Positions 30,281 through 40,895 are shown, counted from the stretch's first letter. The stretch is DNA of 64,000 nucleotides from a virus (IMGVR_UViG_3300044297_000138:1-64000); one strand, 5' to 3'. The notes: generated by a model not told the origin, from the sequence alone. A program made the numbers and translations.

Positions 30281-30820
30281 ATGCCTTCGGTAACAGTATC
30301 ACAACCATCAGTTATTAGAGTAAAAGTTGATGGTGATTCAACTAAAGTCAAGAGCATTGGTTATAATCAAAACATAGCCGTCAAGGACGCTGTTGACGTT
30401 AATATGATTAACGCTCCGGACGGAGGCGTTTTAACATATAATGCGAACACAAAACAGTTTACTCCACAACCAATTGGTTCAAACACACAATTCAATGGTG
30501 ATTTGATTCCAAGTATTGCTGGTACCTATGATATTGGTAGTGCAGAAAAACCTTGGAAATCATTATATCTGACGGGTCAAACTATGTACCTTGGTGGATT
30601 GGTTTTTTCACAAGAACCAGAAACAGGTTCTATGGCAATAACACCAGCACCAACAGATGAATACCCTGATCCAAAAGGAATTTTAATTACACCAACGGGA
30701 AACTTTTTACCCGTGGCCACCATTGAGGGTAAACCAGTTCCTCTTGGAAACTATGCTCAAAGAGTGGCAAACACCGTGGAATATATGGCTTTTACTGGTT
30801 ATGATGCAGGATTTTTCTAA
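30281..30820 (+). CDS. Fibre-associated hypothetical protein
   Basis: D..DV.....DG.VL.YN motif; G.LIP.....YDIGS....W..LYL motif; ends DAGFF. Confidence 0.65.
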   Translation: MPSVTVSQPSVIRVKVDGDSTKVKSIGYNQNIAVKDAVDVNMINAPDGGVLTYNANTKQFTPQPIGSNTQFNGDLIPSIAGTYDIGSAEKPWKSLYLTGQTMYLGGLVFSQEPETGSMAITPAPTDEYPDPKGILITPTGNFLPVATIEGKPVPLGNYAQRVANTVEYMAFTGYDAGFF

Positions 30821-31042
30821 ATGGCAACGACATTACAAATATTAAGATCATATGCTAATACAGCTCCAGCAACATTAAATGATGGTGAGTTAGCATATTC
30901 TTTTACCGCAAACGCTTTGTATATTGGAGACAATGCCAATAACATCATCTTGATTGGTGGATCAAAATTATTGGAGAACGTTAGCGCACAAACCGCATAC
31001 GTTTCATATCAAACTTTAAACGCCGATGGTGGCGAGTTTTAA
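30821..31042 (+). CDS. Minimal Mtd_N/hyaluronidase-N-like protein (73 aa)
   Basis: LQILRS....P..L.DGELAYS....LYIG; ends DGGEF. Confidence 0.7.
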   Translation: MATTLQILRSYANTAPATLNDGELAYSFTANALYIGDNANNIILIGGSKLLENVSAQTAYVSYQTLNADGGEF

Positions 31043-31048
31043 TAAATA
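31041..31048 (+). promoter_or_regulatory. Late promoter AATAAATA
   Basis: NATAAATA upstream of the 31077 ORF. Confidence 0.55.
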
Positions 31049-31076
31049 CAGGATAGCTTAATTATAAGGACAAGAA

Positions 31077-32966
31077 ATGGCTAACACATCAATCCGCATC
31101 AAACGCTCTAGTAGTACAAGTTCACCAATTAGTTTATTATCTGGTGAATTTGCGTATTCCTACCAGTCAAACACACTTTTCCTTGGTACCTCTGATGGTT
31201 CTGGTGTTGTCAATGTGGGTGGTCAATATTATACCAGTCAAATTGATAACGCAACCGAGTTTGCAACACCACTAACTCTTGTCCGTAGAGATGCATCAGG
31301 TAATGCAGCGTTTAATAACGTTGTTGCAAACGGCCTGTTCATCGGTACATTGAGTGGTAGTGTTATCGGTGGTGCAAATACAGCCGTTCAGTTGAGCACA
31401 CCAAGAAACTTCAGTATTAGTGGCGGAGATATTAGTGCATCAGCTATTTTGTTTGATGGTACGGCTGATGTTACATTAAATGCTTCACTAGACAACGTTG
31501 CCGGTTTGTCCGCTGGCACATATGGTGGAACAACAGCCATTCCTGTCGTAACGGTTGCTGCAAATGGTCGTGTAATGGCCATTGCAAACACCAGTTTATC
31601 AACATCATTTACAATTGCTGGTGACACAGGTACAGACACATTTGATAACGGTAACACACTACTGTTTAATGGTGGTGATGGTATCACAACCGATGTTACA
31701 GATAACACAGTTTCTTTCGCAGTAGATACAACAGTTTTCCGTTCCAATACTGCAATTGTTAAACAAACCGTTGACGGTGATGTTGAAATTTCTGGTAACT
31801 TGATTGTTCTTGGTACACAAACAACAGTTAATGTTTCTACATTAAGTGTTGATGACTCTTTGATTGCACTTGCAAGAAATAATACAACAGATGCAGTTGA
31901 TATTGGTTTCTATGGACACTATGATGATGGTACAGCAAGACATGCTGGTGTTTTTAGACATGCTGGCGATAACGAGTTCTATGTTTTTGATAATTATACA
32001 GGAGAACCAACAGCCAACACAATTAATCCTGCAAGCGATAACTTCCGTGTTGCAACACTTAATGCAAATCTTAAATCACAATTTGCAAACGTTGCCACAT
32101 TAAATGTTGGAACAATCAATGTAAGTAATGCAAACCTATCCAGCTTGTTGCTTGGTTCCGCACTAACAGTCCCTAACGGTGGTACAGGTGCAACATCATT
32201 CAGTAACGGTGGTATCGTAGTTGGTTCCGGCACAGGTGCATTAACAACACTTGCAAATTCAACCTTCAGTACAACAGGTTCATCTGGTGGTAACAAAACA
32301 ATCATCGGTGTTACAGTTGATGATTATGGTCGTTTAACAAATGTAAACTATGATTACATTGGTAGTTTGACTGTTAACCAAGGCGGTACAGGCCAAACAT
32401 CATTCACCGCAGGTAGAATTTTAGTTGGTGATGGCACAAATGGAATCAAACAAATTGCCAACGTATCAGCAGTTTCTGCAACAGTTACATCGGCCAATAC
32501 AGTTGATTCGTTTGTAACAGATGACTATGGTCGTGTTACAACATTTACACAGAAGAAGATTTCTGGATTACAAGTTGACCAAGGTGGTACCGGACAATCA
32601 AGTTTCACATCCGGCCAATTGATTGTTGGTAATGGTTCAGGCGCACTACAATCAATTGCAAATAGTTCATTTACCGCAACAGGTTCTGCTGCAGCCAATA
32701 AGACAATTACTTCAGTAACTGTAGATGCATATGGTAGATTGACTGCTGCCACATTTGCTGATATTTCTGGTTTGACTGTAACACAAGGCGGTACAGGTGC
32801 ATCTTCATTCACTACAAGCGGTATCGTTTATGGTAATGGAACTGGTGCATTGCAAGTAACTTCTGCTGCTGGTACATCAGATCAAACATGGTCCAATCAG
32901 ATATTGACAACAACAAATGCTGGTGTTCCAGTTTGGACAACCACATTGGATGGAGGCCAATTCTAA
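31077..32966 (+). CDS. Tail fibre-like protein with Mtd_N-like N-terminus
   Basis: IRIKRS....P..L..GEFAYS; L.V.QGGTG.SSFT.G and VD.YGR.T repeats; ends DGGQF. Confidence 0.75.
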   Translation: MANTSIRIKRSSSTSSPISLLSGEFAYSYQSNTLFLGTSDGSGVVNVGGQYYTSQIDNATEFATPLTLVRRDASGNAAFNNVVANGLFIGTLSGSVIGGANTAVQLSTPRNFSISGGDISASAILFDGTADVTLNASLDNVAGLSAGTYGGTTAIPVVTVAANGRVMAIANTSLSTSFTIAGDTGTDTFDNGNTLLFNGGDGITTDVTDNTVSFAVDTTVFRSNTAIVKQTVDGDVEISGNLIVLGTQTTVNVSTLSVDDSLIALARNNTTDAVDIGFYGHYDDGTARHAGVFRHAGDNEFYVFDNYTGEPTANTINPASDNFRVATLNANLKSQFANVATLNVGTINVSNANLSSLLLGSALTVPNGGTGATSFSNGGIVVGSGTGALTTLANSTFSTTGSSGGNKTIIGVTVDDYGRLTNVNYDYIGSLTVNQGGTGQTSFTAGRILVGDGTNGIKQIANVSAVSATVTSANTVDSFVTDDYGRVTTFTQKKISGLQVDQGGTGQSSFTSGQLIVGNGSGALQSIANSSFTATGSAAANKTITSVTVDAYGRLTAATFADISGLTVTQGGTGASSFTTSGIVYGNGTGALQVTSAAGTSDQTWSNQILTTTNAGVPVWTTTLDGGQF

Positions 32967-33006
32967 TTGAATATATAATGTATGTTTCTTTGTGAAGGAG
33001 ATTGAA

Positions 33007-33666
33007 ATGGGAAATGAAAAATATTTAAATTATTATATTGAGGTTTTAACAAGCACAATGAATGATTGTGTAATTCGTAATGTTTCAATGCAAGCCAATG
33101 CTAAGATTTCTGAAGATGTTATTGAAGAACAGGCCGACAGAATAGAAAAACTTTCTGGTACCGTAAAGGAACTTGAAGAAGTAAACAGAAAGTTAAGAGA
33201 AGGTCAAGTTGCAAGTGAAAATAATACTATAACTGATCTGAAAAATAAATTGGTTGAAAAAGATAGAGAGTTGTCCTCAGCGTCAAATCAAATTTCTGAA
33301 TTGAATAATAAATTCAGGGATTATGATAGTGTTAAAAGCCAAGTAACACATATGGACACTTTTAAATCTGAGTTGATTAAAGCTCGTGAAGAACTTACAC
33401 GAATTCGTGGTGAAAATGACAGACAAATTGACATTTTGAATAAAAAACATGAGAAAGAAAAGGTGAATTTGGAAAAACAAATCACCGAACTCAACGCCAA
33501 AATTGATTATTTGCAATTATCTCCTGCCAAAAGAAAGAAAATTGATGAGCTAAATAAAGGAGCATCAACAGTTTCTGTTATTGATAATACAATAGAAAAT
33601 TCTACTGTAACAATAGAAGAGGCAATAGTTGATGATGGTGCAATCAAAGATGGCGGAACGTTTTAA
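33007..33666 (+). CDS. Coiled-coil hypothetical protein
   Basis: AAGGAG SD precedes ATG at 33007; charged heptads; ends DGGTF. Confidence 0.75.
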   Translation: MGNEKYLNYYIEVLTSTMNDCVIRNVSMQANAKISEDVIEEQADRIEKLSGTVKELEEVNRKLREGQVASENNTITDLKNKLVEKDRELSSASNQISELNNKFRDYDSVKSQVTHMDTFKSELIKAREELTRIRGENDRQIDILNKKHEKEKVNLEKQITELNAKIDYLQLSPAKRKKIDELNKGASTVSVIDNTIENSTVTIEEAIVDDGAIKDGGTF

Positions 33667-33670
33667 GTAA

Positions 33671-36600
33671 ATGTCAAATACATCAATACAGTTAAAAAAA
33701 TCCGGACAGACAGGTAACACTCCACCAAGCTTGGCTTATGGTGAGGTTGCTCTTAACTATGCTGACGGCAGACTGTATTACAAAACAGCCAGCAATGTAA
33801 TTTCTTATATTACCAACCAATATTCATTTTCAACAATCAATGTTGGTGGTAATCTAATTCTGGCCACGACCGGTTCTGATACATTAACACTACAGGCCGG
33901 CAACAACATCGGTTTCATAACTGATAGTTTAAATAACAAAATAACAATTACAGGAACAGCAGTATCTCTGGATCAATTTGCTAGAGATTGGGCCAACTCG
34001 GCCGGTTCTTATGCTAACTCGGCATTTACTCAAGCCAATACAGCCGTAACAAATGCGGCCACAGCCGACTCTAAAGCTGTTTCAGCTGGTTCATATGCCA
34101 ATTCAGCTTTTACCGTAGCAAACACCGATGTTACAAACGTTAGTATTACTGCTGGACAATATGGTAATACAACCACCATTCCAGTAATCACTATTGCTGC
34201 TAATGGTCGTATTACAGCAATTAGCAATGCTACCGTAAGTGGCGGTGGATCATCCTCATACATTTACAATGGAACCAGTAACGTTTATTTCTCAGGTACC
34301 AATGGTAATATTCTTGCCAATGTTGCTGGTAATACAATTGTAACCATTACTGCAAATGGCATCACAACAACCGGTGTAAGCAGCGACATTACTGGTGCAA
34401 ATAACGTTATAGCTAATTCGTTTGTTACAACCGGTTCTAGTGGTACAATTTCTGGCGCTAATAACATCTATGCGAATACATTCATTGGTGCTAATGGTGC
34501 GGTAATCGCTGGAATAAATGTTGTACCTTATTTACAATCAGCATACACACAAGCAAATACACCAAGTTATGTTGCCAATTCAGCCGCAATATATGCCAAT
34601 GGTGCCTTTACTCAAGCCAATACAGCCGTAACAAATGCCGCTACAGCAGATTCTAAAGCAGTAACATCTGGTTCATATGCCAACTCAGCTTTCACCGTAG
34701 CAAATACAGCCAACTCATCTGCAACATCCGCTGGATCTTATGCTAACTCGGCATTTACCGCAGCAAATACAGCTAGTTCAACAGCAACCTCAGCTGGTTC
34801 TTATGCAAATGCAGCCTTTATACAGGCTAATGCCGCATATGCAAAGGCAAATACTGGCGGCGGTGCAGCTTCTTATATTGCTAACGGAACAAGCAATGTA
34901 TATTTTGCTTCAGCTAATGGTAATATTATAGCCAACGTTGCTGGTAATACAATTGTAACTATTACCGCAAACGGTATCACAACAACTGGTGTGAGTAGTG
35001 ACATTACTGGTGCGAATAACGTTATAGCCAACTCATTTGTTACAACTGGTTCAAGTGGTACAATTTCAGGTGCCAATAATATCTATGCAAATACATTTAT
35101 TGGTGCAAATGCAGCTTTGATTGCTGGAATAAATGTTGTACCATATTTACAATCAGCATTTACACAGGCTAATTCTGCATACAATCAAGCCAATAATTCT
35201 TTACCTTTGGCTGGTGGAACAATTACTGGTGATTTAAGTGTATCTGGCAATTTAACTATTCTTGGTACACAAACAACTATCAATACAACATCAATTGTAT
35301 TAAATGATCCGTTGTTGTATTTGGCAAATAATAATTATTCATCCGATTTATTAGACATTGGTATTATAGGTCACTATAATTCAACAGCAAATGCACACAC
35401 TGGTGTGTTTAGAGATCCAAATAGAAAAGAATGGATTTTCTTTGAAGGTTATACTCCTGAAGTTGGTTCAAACAATTTAATTAATATTGCTGATCCAAGT
35501 TTTGCATATGCTAACGTTTATGCAAACACCTTTAAAGGTAATTTGATTGCAAATAACATATATGTAAGTGGTTATAATGTATTTACATATATCACAAATG
35601 CATATAGTCAAGCCAACTCTGCGGCAACCTACGCCAATGGTGCATTTGTTCAGGCTAATGCTGCGTTCTTACAGGCTAATACACCAGATTATGTTGCCAA
35701 CTCGGCAGCGTTATACGCTAATGGTGCCTTTGCACAAGCAAACGCTGCGTTCAATGCTGCTAATACTGGCTCAGCATACTATATTAGAAATGGTACCAGT
35801 AACGTCTATTTCTCTGGAAGTAATGGTAACATTCTGGCCAACGTTGCGGGAAATACAGTTGTAACCGTTACCGCTTCAGGAATAATAACATCCGGATCAG
35901 GAACCGGTGATATTTCTGGTGCGAATAACATTTATTCCAATAATTTTATTGGTGCTAATGGTATAGTAGTTGCTGGAATAAATGTTGTAACATATCTACA
36001 ATCAGCATTTGGTCAAGCAAACTCAGCAGCAACTTATGCTAATGCGGCCTTTACACAGGCAAATACTGATGTTACAAATATTAGTGTAACCGCCGGACAA
36101 TATGGTAACACCACTACAATTCCTGTCATTACGATTGCGGCCAATGGTCGTATTACTGCAATCAGTAATGCTGCGGTAAGTGGTGGCGGTGGTGCTTCTG
36201 GTTCTTATATCTATAATGGAACCAGTAATGTTTATTTCTCCGGAAGTAACGGCAATATTATTGCTAACGTTGCTGGTAATACAATTGTTACTGTTACTGC
36301 TAATGGTCTTGTTACGAGTGGTGTTAGTGGTGATATTTCTGGCGCCAATAATATTTCGGCAAACTCATTCATTACAACCGGATCTGGTGGTAATATAACC
36401 GGCGCCAACAATATATACGCCAACTCGTTCATTGGTGCCAACGGTGCGGTAATTGCTGGTATCAATGTTGTACCATATTTGCAGTCTGCATTTGGTCAAG
36501 CAAATTCCGCAGCAACATATGCTAACGGAGCTTTTACACAGGCTAATGCGGCATACAATCAATCAAACACTTATATATGGCCAGCAGCCAATTCAGCTGG

Positions 36601-38950
36601 TTCATATGCCAATGCGGCCTTTACACAGGCAAATACTGATGTAACAAATATCAGTATAACGTCCGGTACATATGGTAATTCAACTTATATTCCTATCATT
36701 ACAGTTTCGGCTAACGGTAGAATTAATACAATTAGTACCGTTGCAGCTTCTGGTGGAGGAGGCGGTTCTGGTTCTTACATCTATAATGGAACAAGTAACG
36801 TATACTTCACAACAACAAATGGTAACATTGTTGCAAACGTTGCTGGTAATACGATTGTAACTATTACATCAGCAGGTTTGACAACATCTGGTGCCGGTTC
36901 AGGTGATATTTCTGGTGCAAATAACGTCTACGCCAACAATCTCATTGGTGCCAACGGTGCGGTAATTGCTGGTATCAATGTTGTACCATATTTGCAGTCT
37001 GCATTTGGACAAGCGAATGCTGCATTTAATGCTGCTAATACAGGCGGCTCAGCATACTATATTAGAAATGGTACCAGTAACGTCTATTTCTCTGGAAGTA
37101 ATGGTAACATTCTGGCCAATGTTGCTGGTAATACAATTGTTACTGTTACTGCCAATGGTCTTGTTACGAGTGGTGTTAGTGGAGATATTAGTGGTGCCAA
37201 CAACATCTCTGCAAATTCGTTTATAACAACTGGTTCAGGCGGCAATATAACCGGCGCCAATAGTATTTATGCCAACTCATTCATTGGTGCCAACGGTGCG
37301 GTGATTGCTGGCGTTAATGTTGTACCATTTTTAACTGCTGCGTTTTTACAAGCAAATACTCCAAGTTATACGGCCAATTCCGCTGCAACATATGCCAATG
37401 GTGCTTTTATACAAGCAAATACAGCAACAACCAATGCGGCAACAGCCGACTCTAAGGCAGTATCGGCAGGTTCATATGCGAACTCCGCCTTTGGTGTGGC
37501 CAATTCAGCAGCAACATATGCCAATGGTGCTTTTGCACAAGCGAATGCTGCTTTCAATGCTGCCAATACAGGTGGTTCAGCTTACTATATTAGAAATGGC
37601 ACCAGTAACGTTTATTTCTCTGGTGCCAATGGTAATATTCTTGCCAATGTTGCTGGTAATACCGTATTGACCATCTCATCATCCGGAATGATAACCTCAG
37701 GTTCTATTCCTGGTGATATTTCTGGTGCAAATAACATCTATTCTAATACAATAATTGCCTATAGTAGTGCAACAGTTGCTGGTGTTAACGTTGTTCCATA
37801 TATTCAATCTATATTCACACAAGCCAATTCTGCTTATGGTTCACAGAACACAACTGGAACATATGCTAACGCTGCGTTCACCGTAGCAAATACTGCAAAC
37901 ACAACTGCAACATCAGCTGGTTCATATGCCAATGCGGCCTTCATACAGGCAAATACCGATGTAACAAACATTAGTATTACATCTGGTACATATGGCAATG
38001 CAACTTATATTCCTATTGTTACAGTTTCTGCAAATGGTAGAATTAATTCCATCAGTACCATTGCATCCGCTGGTGGCGGTGGCGGCGCAGGTACAGACCA
38101 ATATGCAAGAGATACTGCAAACGCAGCCTTCATAAAAGCCAACTCAGCCTATGCACAGGCAAATACTGGAGGAGGTGGAGGTGGTGCAGGTTCATCCGTT
38201 ATTGCAGTTGATACCTATACAGCTAACGGCGCACAAACGACCTTTGCATTATCATATTCAACATCATCAAACAATGTGATTGTTAATATTGATGGTGTAT
38301 TACAATTAAAGTCTGCATATTCCGTTTCAGGAAACACAATCACATTTACTGGAACTCCAGCAAATACTGCGGTTGTTGAAATAACAACACTAACTGGAAC
38401 AAATCTAAGTTATTATAACAGAACTTATACTGGTGATAATACATCAACAACATTTACCACGACAACTGGTGTTTCTAATGCAAGCATTATTGTTACAGAA
38501 AACGGTGTTGTTCAAGAACCTGGTGTTGATTACTATATAAGTGGTGCGAATGTAATCTTTACAACTGCACCATCAACTGGTGTGAAAATTGGAATCCGTG
38601 AATTAGCATCTACTGCTCTTGTTAGTGCAAATATTCAATTTGCTTACGATCAAGCTAATGCAGCATTCTTGAAAGCAAATACACCGGATTATGTTGCCAA
38701 CTCGGCTGCATTATATGCTAACGGTGCTTTTGCACAAGCCAATGCTGCATACAATCAGGCAAATACCGACTACACAACAATTACAGTTACTGGCGGTGTA
38801 TACGGAAATTCAAATACAATTCCAGTAATTACTGTTGCAGCTAACGGCCGTATTACTGCTATAAGTAATGTGGCGAGCTCTGGTGGTTCAGGTGGCGGCG
38901 GCGGTGTAAATCAAACCACAACAATAATATTAGCGAAAATATTCAGTTAA
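33671..38950 (+). CDS. Long repetitive tail fibre (1759 aa)
   Basis: Mtd_N-like start (IQLKKS...P..L.YGEVALNY.DG.LYYK), seven NGTSNVYF modules, ANAAF heptads, two NGV.Q-type beta domains. Confidence 0.8.
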   Translation: MSNTSIQLKKSGQTGNTPPSLAYGEVALNYADGRLYYKTASNVISYITNQYSFSTINVGGNLILATTGSDTLTLQAGNNIGFITDSLNNKITITGTAVSLDQFARDWANSAGSYANSAFTQANTAVTNAATADSKAVSAGSYANSAFTVANTDVTNVSITAGQYGNTTTIPVITIAANGRITAISNATVSGGGSSSYIYNGTSNVYFSGTNGNILANVAGNTIVTITANGITTTGVSSDITGANNVIANSFVTTGSSGTISGANNIYANTFIGANGAVIAGINVVPYLQSAYTQANTPSYVANSAAIYANGAFTQANTAVTNAATADSKAVTSGSYANSAFTVANTANSSATSAGSYANSAFTAANTASSTATSAGSYANAAFIQANAAYAKANTGGGAASYIANGTSNVYFASANGNIIANVAGNTIVTITANGITTTGVSSDITGANNVIANSFVTTGSSGTISGANNIYANTFIGANAALIAGINVVPYLQSAFTQANSAYNQANNSLPLAGGTITGDLSVSGNLTILGTQTTINTTSIVLNDPLLYLANNNYSSDLLDIGIIGHYNSTANAHTGVFRDPNRKEWIFFEGYTPEVGSNNLINIADPSFAYANVYANTFKGNLIANNIYVSGYNVFTYITNAYSQANSAATYANGAFVQANAAFLQANTPDYVANSAALYANGAFAQANAAFNAANTGSAYYIRNGTSNVYFSGSNGNILANVAGNTVVTVTASGIITSGSGTGDISGANNIYSNNFIGANGIVVAGINVVTYLQSAFGQANSAATYANAAFTQANTDVTNISVTAGQYGNTTTIPVITIAANGRITAISNAAVSGGGGASGSYIYNGTSNVYFSGSNGNIIANVAGNTIVTVTANGLVTSGVSGDISGANNISANSFITTGSGGNITGANNIYANSFIGANGAVIAGINVVPYLQSAFGQANSAATYANGAFTQANAAYNQSNTYIWPAANSAGSYANAAFTQANTDVTNISITSGTYGNSTYIPIITVSANGRINTISTVAASGGGGGSGSYIYNGTSNVYFTTTNGNIVANVAGNTIVTITSAGLTTSGAGSGDISGANNVYANNLIGANGAVIAGINVVPYLQSAFGQANAAFNAANTGGSAYYIRNGTSNVYFSGSNGNILANVAGNTIVTVTANGLVTSGVSGDISGANNISANSFITTGSGGNITGANSIYANSFIGANGAVIAGVNVVPFLTAAFLQANTPSYTANSAATYANGAFIQANTATTNAATADSKAVSAGSYANSAFGVANSAATYANGAFAQANAAFNAANTGGSAYYIRNGTSNVYFSGANGNILANVAGNTVLTISSSGMITSGSIPGDISGANNIYSNTIIAYSSATVAGVNVVPYIQSIFTQANSAYGSQNTTGTYANAAFTVANTANTTATSAGSYANAAFIQANTDVTNISITSGTYGNATYIPIVTVSANGRINSISTIASAGGGGGAGTDQYARDTANAAFIKANSAYAQANTGGGGGGAGSSVIAVDTYTANGAQTTFALSYSTSSNNVIVNIDGVLQLKSAYSVSGNTITFTGTPANTAVVEITTLTGTNLSYYNRTYTGDNTSTTFTTTTGVSNASIIVTENGVVQEPGVDYYISGANVIFTTAPSTGVKIGIRELASTALVSANIQFAYDQANAAFLKANTPDYVANSAALYANGAFAQANAAYNQANTDYTTITVTGGVYGNSNTIPVITVAANGRITAISNVASSGGSGGGGGVNQTTTIILAKIFS
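34250..37830 (+). repeat. Seven dispersed ~85-100-aa intragenic repeats
   Basis: YI.NGTSNVYF...NGNI.ANVAGNT...GANNIY.N..IG.NG...AG.NVV.YLQSA near 34255, 34870, 35775, 36200, 36770, 37052, 37580; exact 74-nt match 35768-35841 = 37046-37119. Confidence 0.9.
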
Positions 38951-38960
38951 GGAATAAAAA

Positions 38961-39317
38961 ATGGCAAACCCTAATTTAGGAACAGTGACTTCAATAATTG
39001 GTGACACCATTACTGCGGCGTTAACTACGACCACCACAACAACCTTGTTGGCTGGAGTTACAAATAAATCAATTAAAGTGAATAGTATAATTGTTTCAAA
39101 CATAAATGGAACAAACTCAGCCAGTTGTACTTTTAGTTTTTATGATGGAACAAACGATAGATATTTTTCTTATCTAATAACCATACCAGCAGGAAGTTCG
39201 GTTGTATTGATTGATAAGAACAACGGTTTCTACATCAAAGAAGGTTGTGAAATTCGTGGTGGTGCAAGTTTGAACTCCTATTTAAATGCTTTGATTAGCT
39301 ATGAGACCATGAGTTAA
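38961..39317 (+). CDS. Small beta-rich virion adaptor-like protein
   Basis: MANPNL..V..I.G.T, K.NSI.VSN..G, ISYE; AGGA SD. Confidence 0.7.
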   Translation: MANPNLGTVTSIIGDTITAALTTTTTTTLLAGVTNKSIKVNSIIVSNINGTNSASCTFSFYDGTNDRYFSYLITIPAGSSVVLIDKNNGFYIKEGCEIRGGASLNSYLNALISYETMS

Positions 39318-39326
39318 GGAATAAAA

Positions 39327-40478
39327 ATGCCTAGAATAAACGGAAATGGTGGAGTTACAGGTAGTATCAATAAGCCCTTATTTTATGCAACTACAGGTAT
39401 TTGGAGTTTATTGGATGTTGAAGCAAATAAAAGAAGTGGTCAATGGCCGTCTGCTATTGGCACAGTTAGTGTTATAGTTCCATGTGCTGGAGGTAATAAC
39501 GTAGCTGCTTATCCATTTACTCCAGGAACTGGATTTGGCACTAGATATGCAGCTCCAGCTACCATACCAGCCGGCAGCGGAAGATCATCAGTATTTCATC
39601 CTTCAGGTACAGACATAATAATTGGAAGTCAATCAAACAGTCCTTGGATCCAAGCGTATCCTTGGTCCTCAAATGGATTTGGTACCAAATATAGTGATCC
39701 AACCACTACGCCTGGTTACGATGTGACTTCATTAACAATGCATACTACCGGCCAAGCAATTGTGGGAACTCTAACCGGTGGTAATAATATGATAGGATAC
39801 AGATATGCTGTTGGAGTTGGAATAGGTAATACCTATAGCAATCCAGCCACATTACCTCAGGGAACCGGAGGTTATACCGCAGCATTCAGTCCAAGTGGCG
39901 CAGATGTTTACGTTAGTTCAAATGCATCTCCATATCATCAGGCTTATCCTTTTAATGTAACAAGTGGATTTGGCACCAAATATGTCACCCCATCTGGTGG
40001 TCCAACATCAACCACTACGGGAGTGACGTTCAATACGACTGGAAGTGATGCGATTTATGGATACATAGGAGGATCATCTCCATATTATGGTATATTTCCA
40101 TTCACTTCAGGTTCAGGTTTTGGTACGAAAATCACCCCAACTGCGGCAAATTCAGCCGTTTGGTCTCTTGGATTTAATCCGACCGGATCACATCTAGCTG
40201 CGGGTCAGAACTCAACCGTCCGAGTAGATTTTTTCCCGTACACTAATGGAAGCGGAACAGGTACAAGATTCGCTACTGTGATTCCTAATACATTATCACG
40301 CACGACTTTCCAGGTGTCATGGAGTCCAACCGGTAACGACTTTTTCTTTGCCGAAGGAGGAACTCCAAATATTGAAGCTTGGACATGGTCAAATGGAATT
40401 GGTACAAAATATAATAATCCAGGTAGTTTACCTGAGGGCAACGGTCAAGGAGTGTCAGTTGCTGCAGTTGCAGCTTAA
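39327..40478 (+). CDS. Beta-propeller repeat protein (about 7 blades)
   Basis: ~45-aa repeats AYP(F/W)...GFGTKY..P...P.......F.P.G; N-terminal GIWSL.......G.WP motif. Confidence 0.75.
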   Translation: MPRINGNGGVTGSINKPLFYATTGIWSLLDVEANKRSGQWPSAIGTVSVIVPCAGGNNVAAYPFTPGTGFGTRYAAPATIPAGSGRSSVFHPSGTDIIIGSQSNSPWIQAYPWSSNGFGTKYSDPTTTPGYDVTSLTMHTTGQAIVGTLTGGNNMIGYRYAVGVGIGNTYSNPATLPQGTGGYTAAFSPSGADVYVSSNASPYHQAYPFNVTSGFGTKYVTPSGGPTSTTTGVTFNTTGSDAIYGYIGGSSPYYGIFPFTSGSGFGTKITPTAANSAVWSLGFNPTGSHLAAGQNSTVRVDFFPYTNGSGTGTRFATVIPNTLSRTTFQVSWSPTGNDFFFAEGGTPNIEAWTWSNGIGTKYNNPGSLPEGNGQGVSVAAVAA

Positions 40479-40498
40479 TTTTATTAAAGGAAATAATT

Positions 40499-40876
40499 AT
40501 GGACTTTTACACAATCAATCAACAAAAACATTACGAAATCGTGGCTTCAGCCATTGTTGGACGTGAACTAGAAATTTATCATTATGATTTAAATATTACA
40601 AATTATCAAGCAATGTTAACAACATTGCCTCAAGGAGATTGGCCAGAAAATTTGGTACAATATCAAAAAATGTCTGCTGAAGAAATTCCTCATGATGTTC
40701 ATGATGAAGTTATTAATTATCAATATCGTGATAGACTATCGTTACTATTGAAAACCGAAAAAGCAGAAAGAAATAAAACTTATTTGGTTTATCAAGCTTT
40801 GTTGTCTCAGCTTCCAGAAGATCAAAAAGAAGCATTAATTGCTGCTGCACACGAAAAAATCCAAGCACTACAATAA
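40499..40876 (+). CDS. Hypothetical helical protein
   Basis: 125-aa ORF with AAGGA SD. Confidence 0.7.
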   Translation: MDFYTINQQKHYEIVASAIVGRELEIYHYDLNITNYQAMLTTLPQGDWPENLVQYQKMSAEEIPHDVHDEVINYQYRDRLSLLLKTEKAERNKTYLVYQALLSQLPEDQKEALIAAAHEKIQALQ

Positions 40877-40895
40877 AATAACAATCTAAAATCAC

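Noticed and set aside
25237-38950. Abundant N-x-S/T sequons as evidence of virion N-glycosylation
   Set aside because: The proteins are very rich in N, S and T, so many sequons are expected by chance; no enrichment test possible here and no glycosyltransferase in the window.
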